Shown: positions 8,353-18,676 of the stretch, piece by piece
Position numbering within the stretch: the first letter of the stretch is position 1
Layout of the letters: the number at the start of each line of letters is the position of its first letter
Assembly (NCBI GenBank): GCA_963774265.1
Contig: CAVZDU010000001.1
Span: forward strand, 256,001-320,000
Length of the DNA: 64,000 bases
Source of the DNA: an uncultured Chloroflexia bacterium
Lineage (GTDB): Bacteria; Chloroflexota; Anaerolineae; CG2-30-64-16
Direction: 5' to 3'
Made by a program: the position numbers and the translations under genes
Notes under the pieces: generated by a model
What the model was told of the DNA's origin: nothing
What the model saw: the letters and a program-made list of their open reading frames with translations, nothing else
Databases searched by the model: none

Positions 8353-9897
8353 ATGGCTAAGGGTCTCAAACGGTTCAGTCTGGCTGCGCTGGCTCTGTTC
8401 TTTTTGTCGGGCTTCACACAAGGTTCGGCACTCTTCAACCGCGGAATGATGAACGTAGGATTAGTCTATTTGGCAGACGCCATTTCTTGTGATTCTGGGA
8501 TGAGTGAACTCGCTCGGGCGCGCAGTTTGCTGGGATCAGTAGAACGGCGATCACCTTCGGCCCTCACCCGTCTTCACCTAGCCACGGCTCAATTTTTGTG
8601 GGGCGACAGGCAATCGGCACTCTCGCTGTTATCACAGGCTAAGAGCTATCCTCTCGGTCGGAGTCCTCTCGTGTCGGAGGACCGGTTCGAGTACTACTTG
8701 ATCCAAGCTAGAACACATATGCGATCGGGGACCTGGCCAAGCGCCATCGAAGACTTCCACAAAGCTATGGTGCTAGAGCCAGATCGAATTCTGCCGGTTG
8801 ATGATCATGAGCTATACATAGCACTGGCCGAGCAGCAAAAGCAAATTGCCGCGGCAAATCCTTCGGACCCACGAACTAAGCTTCTGCTGGGCAAGTACCT
8901 GATGCAAGTCGAGGCGTGGACTGAGGGACTTGACTTGATACAGAATGCGCTCATTGATGACAATGCGGGTCAGCTCTCTATCACTGAACTTGCCACAGCC
9001 GAGGTATACCAAGCACGAGCACTCCGAGCGACAGGGGATATGGCCGGCGCTCAGGCAGCTCTCAAGCAGGCAATCTCCCTTTCTCCCAACTTCCGCCAGT
9101 CCTACATAGACCTCCTCGACCTCCTACAGGAGACCGAAAGCGGCAGCAACACCCAGGATGTCGAACGGCGACTTGCAGCCTTGGGACCAACGTTTCGTTT
9201 AGGCCAGTTCGGATCGGCTTATGTTCTGGATGAGCCGACAGTTTTGCCAAATGGTTGGAAGCTAATTGGCTATGAGGTGGATGAGCAGCTTCTCGAGTGG
9301 GCAACAGCGGTGGACCTGGTCCTGTGGTGGCAGGCTCCCGCAACCGCGCAGCCCGGAAAGGACTTCCTCCGTGTCGACGGTTACTGGCTGCAACGTCAAA
9401 CAGTTCGCAACCTCTTCCCCAACTCAGGGTTTGAATGGGGAGTAGACGAACGAGGCGTCCCACTTGGCCATGATCGTGAGTACTACGCAGCACCCAAGGG
9501 TAGTCTGGGTGTAGAGACGTCGGAACGAAACGGTGTGCCGACGCAAGTACTATGGGCCCAAAACAGCGCGCAGGTGCAATATGTAGCGTTAATTAGTACA
9601 TCTTTTGTCGTTGACGCGAATGCCTACTACCTGATGGCGGGTTGGCTGCGAGATGAGGATCAGTTGGCTAGAATCGGCCGTCTTTGTGTTGAGCAACGAC
9701 TTGGGCCCGACCTAATCTATTATATCGCGTCTCCAGAAGGCGGCCGTCCTACCGACGATTGGCTCCACGTCGCCAACCTGGCGTCTGCGATCCCGGGCGG
9801 ATCACCCATATACTGCGAGACGTTCGTGAGCAACAACAACTCACGCGGCAAGTCCTCTTGGGACAACGTGTTACTGGCGCGTCTACCTGTTCCATGA
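8353..9897 (+). CDS. Exported or membrane-anchored TPR protein with a C-terminal carbohydrate-binding-like domain
   Basis: Hydrophobic N-terminus, TPR-like helices (AIEDFHKAMVLEP, AQAALKQAISLSP) and the NLFPNSGFE...WDNV pattern typical of CBM-like beta sandwiches. Confidence 0.6.
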   Translation: MAKGLKRFSLAALALFFLSGFTQGSALFNRGMMNVGLVYLADAISCDSGMSELARARSLLGSVERRSPSALTRLHLATAQFLWGDRQSALSLLSQAKSYPLGRSPLVSEDRFEYYLIQARTHMRSGTWPSAIEDFHKAMVLEPDRILPVDDHELYIALAEQQKQIAAANPSDPRTKLLLGKYLMQVEAWTEGLDLIQNALIDDNAGQLSITELATAEVYQARALRATGDMAGAQAALKQAISLSPNFRQSYIDLLDLLQETESGSNTQDVERRLAALGPTFRLGQFGSAYVLDEPTVLPNGWKLIGYEVDEQLLEWATAVDLVLWWQAPATAQPGKDFLRVDGYWLQRQTVRNLFPNSGFEWGVDERGVPLGHDREYYAAPKGSLGVETSERNGVPTQVLWAQNSAQVQYVALISTSFVVDANAYYLMAGWLRDEDQLARIGRLCVEQRLGPDLIYYIASPEGGRPTDDWLHVANLASAIPGGSPIYCETFVSNNNSRGKSSWDNVLLARLPVP

Positions 9898-11255
9898 GAA
9901 TGTTCGCGCGTTTTCGAGGCCTCTGGCGGCGCGGCCAGGGTATCACCTCCTTCGGCGGACAAGTCGCTCTGACGGTTGGCACCAACTTCGGTTTGGCAGC
10001 GCTTGGTCTAGTCACGGGCAGTTTGGTGGCTCGACTGTTGGGACCCGAAGGTCGCGGTGAGTTGGCGGCGATCCAAACCTGGGCTGCTTTTCTTGCCCTT
10101 TTAGCGTCCTTGGGGTTGCCCGATGCGGTTGTGTATTTCACAGGTCGTACTCCCGCCAAGGGTGCTACGTACCTGACCTCGGCAATAGTGGCGATGCTCC
10201 TGAGCGCAGTACCGTTCGCGCTGGCGGGTTACTTGTTGATGCCGGTCCTGCTGAAGGCGCAGTCCGCAGCGATCATCGCAACCGCGAAAGGATATCTCGT
10301 GGCGTTCGTTTTCCTCAATGCGACCGCGGGCATGCTGCTTCATCCTCTGAGAGGGCGGAACAATTTCGCAGTTTGGAACCTGTTACGTATCCTTCCCATC
10401 GCGGCGTGGATGGCTGTTCTCATCGCCGCCTGGTGGACCGAGCGAACGACGCCGACCGCTATCGCAGCCGGCTACCTAATCTCGCTGGCGGTAGTGGGCT
10501 TGGTCACGTTCTATGTGCTCAAACATCGTGTGCCCGGCCCCTATGCGCTCAAGCCGGAGCTCTGGCTCTCCATGCTGCATTATGGCCTGCCCTCCGGCTT
10601 CAGCGCGTTACCTCAAACGTTGAACCTGCGACTGGACCAGATGCTGATGGCAGCTTTTCTGCCCGCATCGCTTCTGGGCTACTATTCAGTCGCTGTTGCG
10701 TGGAGCGTGGCCGTCTCACCGATGATGCAGGGGATCGGCGCCGTGCTGTTCCCGCGGGTGGCAATTCAGGTTTCCGCGGCCGAACAGGTTGAGACGCTGG
10801 GACGCGGTACTCGTCTCGGTGTTGCGGCCGCCGTTATTCTGAGCGCTGCGTTGCTCCTGGTCACGCCGATAGGAATTCGGTGGGCCTTTGGCTATGCGTA
10901 TAGCCCAGCTATCTCCGCTTCTTTGATCCTGGTGGTAGCAGGTGGGGTGTCAGGGGTTAATCTCATCTTGGAGGAAGGCCTGCGGGGCCTAGGCTACACC
11001 CGGGCTATCCTCTGGGGTGAGAGCATCGGCCTAGTCGCGACAGTTATCGGGCTTGCTTTATTGTTGCGGCCGCTCTTGATCAACGGCGCAGCGATTGCAT
11101 CCTTGCTTGGTTACAGCATGACTCTCGTTGCCCTGATGGTTTGCTTTGGGCGGCTGACCCGGCATCCATGGCCATTCTTTCTACGCCCCGGAGTCGCTGA
11201 TTTGCGTGTTGCCCACACGCGCATCAAGGCGTTTCTTGAGAAAGGTAGTCACTAA
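9894..11255 (+). CDS. wzx: Oligosaccharide flippase (Wzx/MOP family)
   Basis: ARLLGPEGRG, LNLRLDQML, LGYYSVA and GAAIAS motifs; many TM helices. Confidence 0.85.
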   Translation: MRMFARFRGLWRRGQGITSFGGQVALTVGTNFGLAALGLVTGSLVARLLGPEGRGELAAIQTWAAFLALLASLGLPDAVVYFTGRTPAKGATYLTSAIVAMLLSAVPFALAGYLLMPVLLKAQSAAIIATAKGYLVAFVFLNATAGMLLHPLRGRNNFAVWNLLRILPIAAWMAVLIAAWWTERTTPTAIAAGYLISLAVVGLVTFYVLKHRVPGPYALKPELWLSMLHYGLPSGFSALPQTLNLRLDQMLMAAFLPASLLGYYSVAVAWSVAVSPMMQGIGAVLFPRVAIQVSAAEQVETLGRGTRLGVAAAVILSAALLLVTPIGIRWAFGYAYSPAISASLILVVAGGVSGVNLILEEGLRGLGYTRAILWGESIGLVATVIGLALLLRPLLINGAAIASLLGYSMTLVALMVCFGRLTRHPWPFFLRPGVADLRVAHTRIKAFLEKGSH

Positions 11256-12170
11256 ATGGAGGTCATACCCAATCCGCCTTCACGGATGTTGATGGCCTTG
11301 CGTTGGGCAGTAGCCTCGGGCACCTTGAAACGTGGTCAAGGATGGCTCCTTAGACACCTGCCTGCATCTGTATGGGGAGGCAGGGACATCTTGATGCCAA
11401 CCACTATTGGCCCGATGGTGATGTCAGTCAAGGACAAGGCAAATGCTGGCTTACTACTTTGGGGACGGATATGTCATGAGACAAATGAAACTACTTTGAT
11501 TCGTGCCTTGGCTCCCGGTTTTCAAATCGCACTTGATGTGGGAGCTCACATTGGGTGGTACAGTTGTCTCATGGGAGAGGCAATGAATGGGACTGGTGCA
11601 GTCTATGCGTTTGAGCCAAATCCGACCAGCTTTCCATATCTGATCGAGAATGTGCGGGACTATCCGTCTGTGCATCCCTACCAAACCGCGATTGGTGATA
11701 ATGAGGAACCCGTGACCTTCTACTGCGCCGATAGCAGCAATCTCAGTTCAGCCTCGCGTCAGGTAGGCACTCCAATGCTCGTGGATTGTAAATCTCTTGA
11801 CTCATTCGCACGATCCTTCGAACTAATTGGTAAGATCGACTTCATAAAATGCGACGTCGAGGGGGGTGAAGTATCTATTTTGCACGGTTCTCATCAAATT
11901 CAATCGGCGGCCCTTCCGCCCATATGGATGATGGAGGTAGACGAAACCTTTCTCAAGGAGGCAGGTTTTTCAGTTGAAAGGCTAGACTCGGAAATACACG
12001 TATGTGGAGGAGCTCTGCAGCTGTTCTATCTAGACGCTGACCGCGTAGTCAGAGAGATCACGCGTTTAGGTGAGCAGGGCAGTATTCCAAACATCTTCAT
12101 CGTTCCTGAGTCCCGAATGATGACTTTCAAATTGGCGGCCTTGTCGGCAGGATTGAAGCTACCGGGCTAA
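11256..12170 (+). CDS. FkbM family methyltransferase
   Basis: LDVGAHIGWY, VYAFEPNP and IDFIKCDVEGGE motifs. Confidence 0.9.
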   Translation: MEVIPNPPSRMLMALRWAVASGTLKRGQGWLLRHLPASVWGGRDILMPTTIGPMVMSVKDKANAGLLLWGRICHETNETTLIRALAPGFQIALDVGAHIGWYSCLMGEAMNGTGAVYAFEPNPTSFPYLIENVRDYPSVHPYQTAIGDNEEPVTFYCADSSNLSSASRQVGTPMLVDCKSLDSFARSFELIGKIDFIKCDVEGGEVSILHGSHQIQSAALPPIWMMEVDETFLKEAGFSVERLDSEIHVCGGALQLFYLDADRVVREITRLGEQGSIPNIFIVPESRMMTFKLAALSAGLKLPG

Positions 12171-12253
12171 TACAGCCGTCCAGTATTCTTTAGGCGATCA
12201 TAGAACTTCGTGTACCGGCACCCGAAAACAACTGGTCTGCAGGACATTGGAAT

Positions 12254-13380
12254 TTGGACAACAGCGATTAGCCCGGACTGCTGAAACCAGTCCGGCGCAC
12301 CTTGACAAGTAGGTTGACAGTCGCCGTTCAGCCGGTTTGCGGCTGGTTTAGCGTCTTGTTTGCCAGCGGTGATGTCTTTTTGACCACCGGATACCGGGGG
12401 CGCAGCCCCGGGCTAGCGCCCTTGGCGCGGCCGGGCGGAATGCGTTTGGGTGCCGCGGCCGGTGTGCCAATCGGCCGCATCATCTCGGCAAAGGCCCATT
12501 GCGTCGTCGAAGGTGTTGCTGGTGCGGCAGGCTGGCTTGGCAAGTAGCGTTCCCACGGGCGACGGTTCGCCTCGGTCAGCGACCGGGCTAGGTACAGTTG
12601 CACGTAGGCCAATTGGACCAGTTGCAAGCACTTGGTCTCCCGTTCGGTCTCTGGCGTTTGAAAGCCGGTCAGCCGCCGCCGTTGTTTGCTGAACCGGAAG
12701 AAATGCTCCAAATCGAAACGCTGGGCATACGACTGCTGGATTTCGAGTAACGACAGCTCTTGGCGGCGCGCCCCGAGCACGACCAGCCAGAGGTTACGCT
12801 TGCAAGTTGGTTGATTCGCGGCGTCGAGCAGCCGCACGCGGACTAACGTAAACGGCTGGGTATGCATAGCGCAGGCCCGCGTGCCGCGCATCAGCAGGTG
12901 TGCCAGGCCTGGATCTGCACCGTGTAAGTCCGGCCGCGCCGACTCGTACGGGTGGTCGCGACGGTTTGCGCCGGCGGGCCCCAGGTTGTCGCATTGTGTA
13001 ATGCGAACGGGGCGCCATACCACCTCGGATGACCCGCCTGCCGGTCGTCCCGGGCGACCAGCGCCGCTGGGCGATACAACGTGCGGGTGCCGCGCAACCG
13101 GGCGATCGTCACCAGATTGGCATGTTGCGCCACCGGGTGTAAGAACGCCGACGGGCTGGTGCGGCTATCATCGACCTGGACGCACAGTTCGTGGTGAAAG
13201 GGCAAGCGCTCGTCGGTCAACAGCGTCGCCACCTGCGCCACCGAGACCGCAAGCTCGCTCTCTTTGGTGCTGATGCGCCGCCAGATGAGCGGTACGATCT
13301 TTGCTGAGACAACGAACCTCGCTATGGTATGATTCTCCCGTGAGGCAATCCGGTGGGTAATTCTAATTGTCGTTGAACAA
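12254..13380 (-). mobile_element. Degenerate DDE insertion sequence (IS701/IS4-like) with a frameshifted, N-terminally deleted transposase
   Basis: YAQRFDLEHFFRFSKQ and RRPWE motifs in ORFs 12328-13023 and 12891-13241. Imperfect terminal inverted repeats at 12254-12271 and 13363-13380 (13/18 match). Hairpin CCGGACTG/CAGTCCGG near the left end. Confidence 0.75.
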
Positions 13381-13562
13381 TATGCCGCTCACCGAGTCGC
13401 CATGCAATCTCATAAGGCTGCCGACAGCAAGCGCAGCTTTGTCTGCAGGACATGGCGGCGATGGCGCATTAGCTGCAGTTTCACATCTGCAAGAACCTAC
13501 CTGAATGATACACGGCTGTGGCAGGAGTTGCGTGCTCCTGACAGATGTGTTGGAGAGTAACC

Positions 13563-14588
13563 ATGCGGGTCCTTCTGATAGCGAACTGTCAATACTACCA
13601 CATTGGCGGGTTCTTCAGAAAGGCGTTACAGCAATTGGGGATCGAGCATGAGTCAGTCGATGAGCATGAGCTAATCGACTCTTCCCTTCGTTCACTGCCT
13701 GGCAGACTTGCCTATCATGTGTTGCGGCGACCGGTGAGCTACGCGTTGTTCAACAGGCGAGCGACGGAGGTGGCGAGGCGCTTTCGACCACAGATAGTCG
13801 TGCTCGCGAAAGGAGCTTGGATTGCGCTTGATACCCTTGCTGAGATCAAGGCCACTACGGGTGCGATCCTGGTGAACTATGCGACGGATGATCCCTTCAA
13901 TCGTGTGGTTTCCAACCATGATCTTATCGCCGGGATCCCTTTCTATGATCTCTATGTCTGTACGAAGCGGGCCATCATGGGGGATGTGCAGCGGGCCGGG
14001 TGCCGCAATGTGGTCTACGTGCCTTTTGGCTATGAACCGAGCTTGCACTATCCGGAAAGTCCGGTCAACGAAGCAGAACGGCAGCGTTTTGACAGCGACG
14101 TCATCTTTATCGGAGGTGCAGACGGCGATCGCTTCCCTATCCTTCGGAAGGTCGCCGCGCTACCTGACGTACGGCTTCGTCTACACGGTGGATACTGGAA
14201 CCGCGATTTGACTCTCCGCAAACACTATCAGGGATTCGTATATGGCCGAGACTATCGCCTGACTCTGAGCGGCACAAAAATCGCCATCTGCCTGGTGCGG
14301 CGAGCCAACCGGGATGGCCACGTGATGCGCTCATTTGAGACTCCAGCTTGCGGGGCTTTCATGCTGGCTGAACGGACAGAGGAGCACCAAGCTTTCTTTG
14401 TCGAGAACGAGGACATGGCGTGCTTCGGGTCCGATGAAGAACTCGTCGATCAGATCAGGTACTATCTCGCGGACGATGCGGAACGGCAACAAATCGCCCA
14501 GGCCGGTTACGGAAAGGTGATTACCGGCAAGAATACCTATAGCGATCGCCTCCAGGCAATACTTGCACAGGCAGAGGCGTTGAGATAA
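13563..14588 (+). CDS. CgeB-like glycosyltransferase (GT-B fold)
   Basis: NYATDDP, DVIFIGG, RSFETPACGAFML and NTYSDRL motifs. Confidence 0.85.
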   Translation: MRVLLIANCQYYHIGGFFRKALQQLGIEHESVDEHELIDSSLRSLPGRLAYHVLRRPVSYALFNRRATEVARRFRPQIVVLAKGAWIALDTLAEIKATTGAILVNYATDDPFNRVVSNHDLIAGIPFYDLYVCTKRAIMGDVQRAGCRNVVYVPFGYEPSLHYPESPVNEAERQRFDSDVIFIGGADGDRFPILRKVAALPDVRLRLHGGYWNRDLTLRKHYQGFVYGRDYRLTLSGTKIAICLVRRANRDGHVMRSFETPACGAFMLAERTEEHQAFFVENEDMACFGSDEELVDQIRYYLADDAERQQIAQAGYGKVITGKNTYSDRLQAILAQAEALR

Positions 14589-16066
14589 TGCGAGTGCCTG
14601 CATCGGAACGTCAACCGCTATTGTTGATTAGCGTCTTCAGCTTTATCTTGGCATTGATCACCCTGAGCATCGCCATTCTCATTTTCTGGGAGTTGAATTC
14701 CTCTGTTACCTTTATAGGAGCCTACCTGGGGTTTATGGTCCTGTTGATAGTCCAGCTAGTGGTGGGCAGAGTGTGGTTCGGCACCCTCGCGCCAAACAGC
14801 AGACCTTCGTTGCATCCACCGTTTTTGATCACAGTCTGGGTATTGCTGTTTATGTGTGTGCCAGCACTGTACTCTCTGCTGCGACCAGATATTCTGATGC
14901 CGCTAGAGCTTATCTCTATTGATCCCTTTTACACCATTCTGGGCACCTGGTTAATCGTGGTTGGATGCTTGGCACTCTGGATCGGATATGGCGCTAGTTA
15001 CCGCATCTGGAAGGCTCCAGCATTCGTTCGACGCCTGTCGGAACGTCAGCCCAAGCAGGGCGTGGTGTTGATTCTCTTTGGGGCTACGGTTTTGCTCCAA
15101 ATGATCCAGGTCGTGGTGACCGGAATTGCATATGGCGCTGATACTTCTCGATTGGGGGCGCTTGCCCCGTTTCAGCAATGGCTAAGCTATTTTCTGGATC
15201 TTAATCGCCTGGTTCTCGCCTTCGTTGCACTCAAAAGCTTCCGACGGGAGTGGCCGTTCTGGATACTCGTTGCTGTAGTTGTGCCCCAGCTCGCGTTCGG
15301 TTTCATCTCCGGCTTCATGAAGCCTGTAATCTGGATCGCTTTGATCCTATTCGTGGCGGCTTTGGTTGCGAAGGTCGATTTTCGACGTCTTGCTGCACCG
15401 ATAGCGTTCTTCATTGTTCTAGGTATTCTCATCGTGCCGGTAGCCGAGGATTTGCGGTCTCAAGCGAATACTGGCGCACTTGACACAGCTGATCTGGCGG
15501 GCGTAGCCGATGCCACGGCCGATTCCATGGCTGTTGCATGGTCAAGTGGTGCAGGCAGCAATTGGCAGCTGACATTTGACCGGACGATGTATCGCAACGC
15601 TGTGGTGGCCAGCACGCCAGGCATCATCATGCAGAAGACGCCATCCCTTATTCCCTATCAGGGAATAGAGAAGTTTTCGATCATCCCGGCATATGTGATC
15701 CCGCGTGCTTTGTGGAATGATAAACCGGTCCTTACTCAGGGCAATTGGTTTGGTGTCACCTACCTCAACCAGCCGACATCTTCGACTTCGTCCTCGGCCA
15801 TCACGATTTTCGGTGAGGGCTATATCTATGTTGGCTGGATTGGCACCATCACGGCCTGTCTGACTTTGGGGATCCTGCTGGCGGGAATCTATCGCTTCAC
15901 TGCCAGTCTAGGCCTATGGGCTGTATACATCGCGCTGATTCCTACTTTTATCGACGCCGAAGGGCAGTTTACCAGTATGTTCGTGACGCTTGTCCAGCAA
16001 ACCGTGGTTTTCCTAGCAGTATACGGGGCGCTGGCCTGGTTGTTTGGCTCGCGCAAATCGGCATAG
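14588..16066 (+). CDS. Putative O-antigen/polysaccharide polymerase (Wzy-like)
   Basis: About 10-12 TM segments; IPRALWNDKP and TIFGEGYIYVGWIG motifs typical of Wzy; glycan-locus context. Confidence 0.7.
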   Translation: MRVPASERQPLLLISVFSFILALITLSIAILIFWELNSSVTFIGAYLGFMVLLIVQLVVGRVWFGTLAPNSRPSLHPPFLITVWVLLFMCVPALYSLLRPDILMPLELISIDPFYTILGTWLIVVGCLALWIGYGASYRIWKAPAFVRRLSERQPKQGVVLILFGATVLLQMIQVVVTGIAYGADTSRLGALAPFQQWLSYFLDLNRLVLAFVALKSFRREWPFWILVAVVVPQLAFGFISGFMKPVIWIALILFVAALVAKVDFRRLAAPIAFFIVLGILIVPVAEDLRSQANTGALDTADLAGVADATADSMAVAWSSGAGSNWQLTFDRTMYRNAVVASTPGIIMQKTPSLIPYQGIEKFSIIPAYVIPRALWNDKPVLTQGNWFGVTYLNQPTSSTSSSAITIFGEGYIYVGWIGTITACLTLGILLAGIYRFTASLGLWAVYIALIPTFIDAEGQFTSMFVTLVQQTVVFLAVYGALAWLFGSRKSA

Positions 16067-16142
16067 GATGCGCCTACAGGCGGAGCCCGGTGCCCACGCC
16101 CTGCATATCCCGGCGTTTCAGCCGGTGTCAGCGTAAGTCCTA

Positions 16143-17343
16143 ATGACATCTTTGAAGCCCTCTCGAGTTGCTCTTGTGACTCATACCACCGACAGTGGCG
16201 TTTGGGCGGTAACCCGCTTCTTGTTGCAGCGTCTCCAAGCCAGCGGCCGCTACAAGCCAGAAATCGTGTTGCTGGCTACATCGGCCACTGATGTACATAG
16301 CGTACGTTTGCTTCGCCCCGTCACCTGGTTTAGAAAGCTTCAACCCTGGGCCTTGCAGTGTGACGACCAAACGTGTTGGCATGTAGGCGCTATTTTCACT
16401 GAGTTCGAATTCCAACGCTATCGGCCACGAACAGTCTTGACCGATCTTTTGAACCGATATGATTTGGTTCAGGTCGTCGCTGGGTTTCCTGCCTGGGCCG
16501 CGGCAGTGGCTCGCGTCCGGCCGCCAATCTGTTTGTTTGCTGCCACAACCGTACATCAGGAGCGCGTAGCCCTGGTTCAGCAGGCGCGAAGCTGGCGAAG
16601 GGTCTACTGGCAAGTGATGAACCCGATTGTCGCAAGCATTGAAACCAGGGCTTTGAAGCGGGTCGACTGTGTGTTCGCAGAGAGCGAATATACACGCCGT
16701 TTGATGGCCCCGCACGTGCAGCCCGATCGTTTGGTGCTCGGTCTACCAGGCGTTGATACCGATCTTTTTCGTCCGAACGGCCCGCTGCGCGAAGATGGGT
16801 GCATTCTCTCGGTCGGCCGGCTGTCGGACCCACGCAAGAACGTGCGCCTCCTGATCGATGCATACCATCGTCTGAGGCAGCAGATGCCTGTGGTTCCGCG
16901 CCTGGTGCTGGCTGGAAGTACAGCGCCACCTCCTGACGATTGGGAACACGCGAAGACACTGGGACTCACCGATCATATCGAAGTGCGCGTGAATCTCTCG
17001 CCGGGTGAACTTGCCGCGCTTTACAGAGATGCTGCCATGTTCGTGCTTTCGTCCGATGAAGAGGGGCTGGGTGTGGTGATACTGGAGGCCATGGCCAGTG
17101 GACTGCCGGTGGTCAGCACTGATTGCGGCGGGCCTGCCACAGCAGTGCTGCAAGGTCAGACCGGCCTGCTGACCCCGGTTGGGGACGCGAAAGCGTTGGC
17201 CGAGGCCTTGGGGTGTCTTCTCACCAATATGCCGCTTCGTCGCCGGATGGGCCAGGCTGGACGTGAACGAGCTGAGCCGCGTCTTCTCATTGGATGCTGC
17301 GGGTCAAGTCTATCTCCGCAAGTACGATGAGTTGTTGGGCTGA
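16143..17343 (+). CDS. Glycosyltransferase family 4; frameshift near the 3' end
   Basis: SVGRLSDPRKN and EEGLGVVILEAMASGLPVV (EX7E) motifs. Confidence 0.9.
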
Positions 17344-17429
17344 CACAGTAGATATGAATGATGTTTTGGTAGGCTACAGCGGCCATGTTGGTTTCCGCCG
17401 ACATTGAGAATCCGGTTTCAAGGACTGTT

Positions 17430-18656
17430 ATGAGTGCGATTTCTTCTCCGAGCGACGGACGGTTGCGTGTTTTGCACCTTGTTCCTTCGATTGGTCGACG
17501 CTCAGGTGGGGGCGGGATAGTAGCGATCAATCTTGTGCGTGAACAGAATAGACTAGCTGCCACTGCTGTGGCTTGGACGTTGGATCAAGCTGCTGAAGCG
17601 GCAGAGATTGGCCGTGCGTATGAATTGGGAAACTGCATCAAGACTTTCCCGACCCTGGGCCCGGCCACTGTAGGACTCAGCCCGGCCATGGAACGGGAGG
17701 TGGTTTCGGCCTTAGGAGAATCCCAGCAAGTGATTCATCAGCACAGTATCTGGATGGCAAATAGCCGAGTTACGAATCTGTGGCGACGAAGATTTCAACG
17801 GCCTACGATAGTGGCGCCGCAAGGCACCCTGGAGGAATATGCACTAAAGCGCTCACCGCTCAAAAAAAAGCTGGCTCAATTGGCTTATGAGACGGAGAAT
17901 TTGCAGTCTGCCTCCTGTTTACACGCGACCTGCGCCGATGAAGCCGTGTCTTTTCGCCGATTCGGCTTGTCAAACCCGATTGCCCTCATACCCAATGGCG
18001 TTCCTGAGGATTGGGTTCTGAGCCATGGCGATTCTGTTCGCTTTCGCACTCAGTTCGCGATTCCTTTGGATCGCCGTGTGTTACTCTTCTTGTCGCGAAT
18101 TCACCCCAAGAAGGGGCTTCCCATGTTCTTCCAAGCCATGTCGACATTACGACAGCAACAGCAGTTCAATAACTGGTTGTTTGTCATAGCGGGCCCCGAT
18201 GAAGTTGGTCATCGGCGTGAGCTGGAGGTGTTGTCTCTGAACTTGGGAATAGAGAATCTGATTAGGTTTGTGGGTCCTTTGTTCGGTAAAGAAAAACGTG
18301 ATGCGTTTGCGGCGGCTGATGTATTCGTTTTGCCCACCTTCAGCGAGAATTTTGGTATTGTTGTGACGGAGGCTCTCGGCGCTGGGGTCCCAGTCATTAC
18401 CACCAGAGGGGCTCCGTGGCTGGAGCTGGAAACCAATCGGTGTGGTTGGTGGGTGGACACCAACCCAACAGCGATGCAGGATGCTGTGCTTGATGCGATG
18501 GCGCGGTCCAAGGACGAACTTAAGGCTATGGGACTACGCGGTCAGCAGCTTGTGTCCGAAAAGTATACTTGGCCGCAAATCGCGCGTCGTTGTCTGGAGT
18601 TGTATAGCTGGCTACTTGGACAAGCCAGCAGGCCCGATTTCGTTATTTTCGATTGA
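17430..18656 (+). CDS. Glycosyltransferase family 4
   Basis: FLSRIHPKKG and SENFGIVVTEALGAGVPVI motifs. Confidence 0.9.
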   Translation: MSAISSPSDGRLRVLHLVPSIGRRSGGGGIVAINLVREQNRLAATAVAWTLDQAAEAAEIGRAYELGNCIKTFPTLGPATVGLSPAMEREVVSALGESQQVIHQHSIWMANSRVTNLWRRRFQRPTIVAPQGTLEEYALKRSPLKKKLAQLAYETENLQSASCLHATCADEAVSFRRFGLSNPIALIPNGVPEDWVLSHGDSVRFRTQFAIPLDRRVLLFLSRIHPKKGLPMFFQAMSTLRQQQQFNNWLFVIAGPDEVGHRRELEVLSLNLGIENLIRFVGPLFGKEKRDAFAAADVFVLPTFSENFGIVVTEALGAGVPVITTRGAPWLELETNRCGWWVDTNPTAMQDAVLDAMARSKDELKAMGLRGQQLVSEKYTWPQIARRCLELYSWLLGQASRPDFVIFD

Positions 18657-18676
18657 AAGAGGATTGGTGAGCTGAT

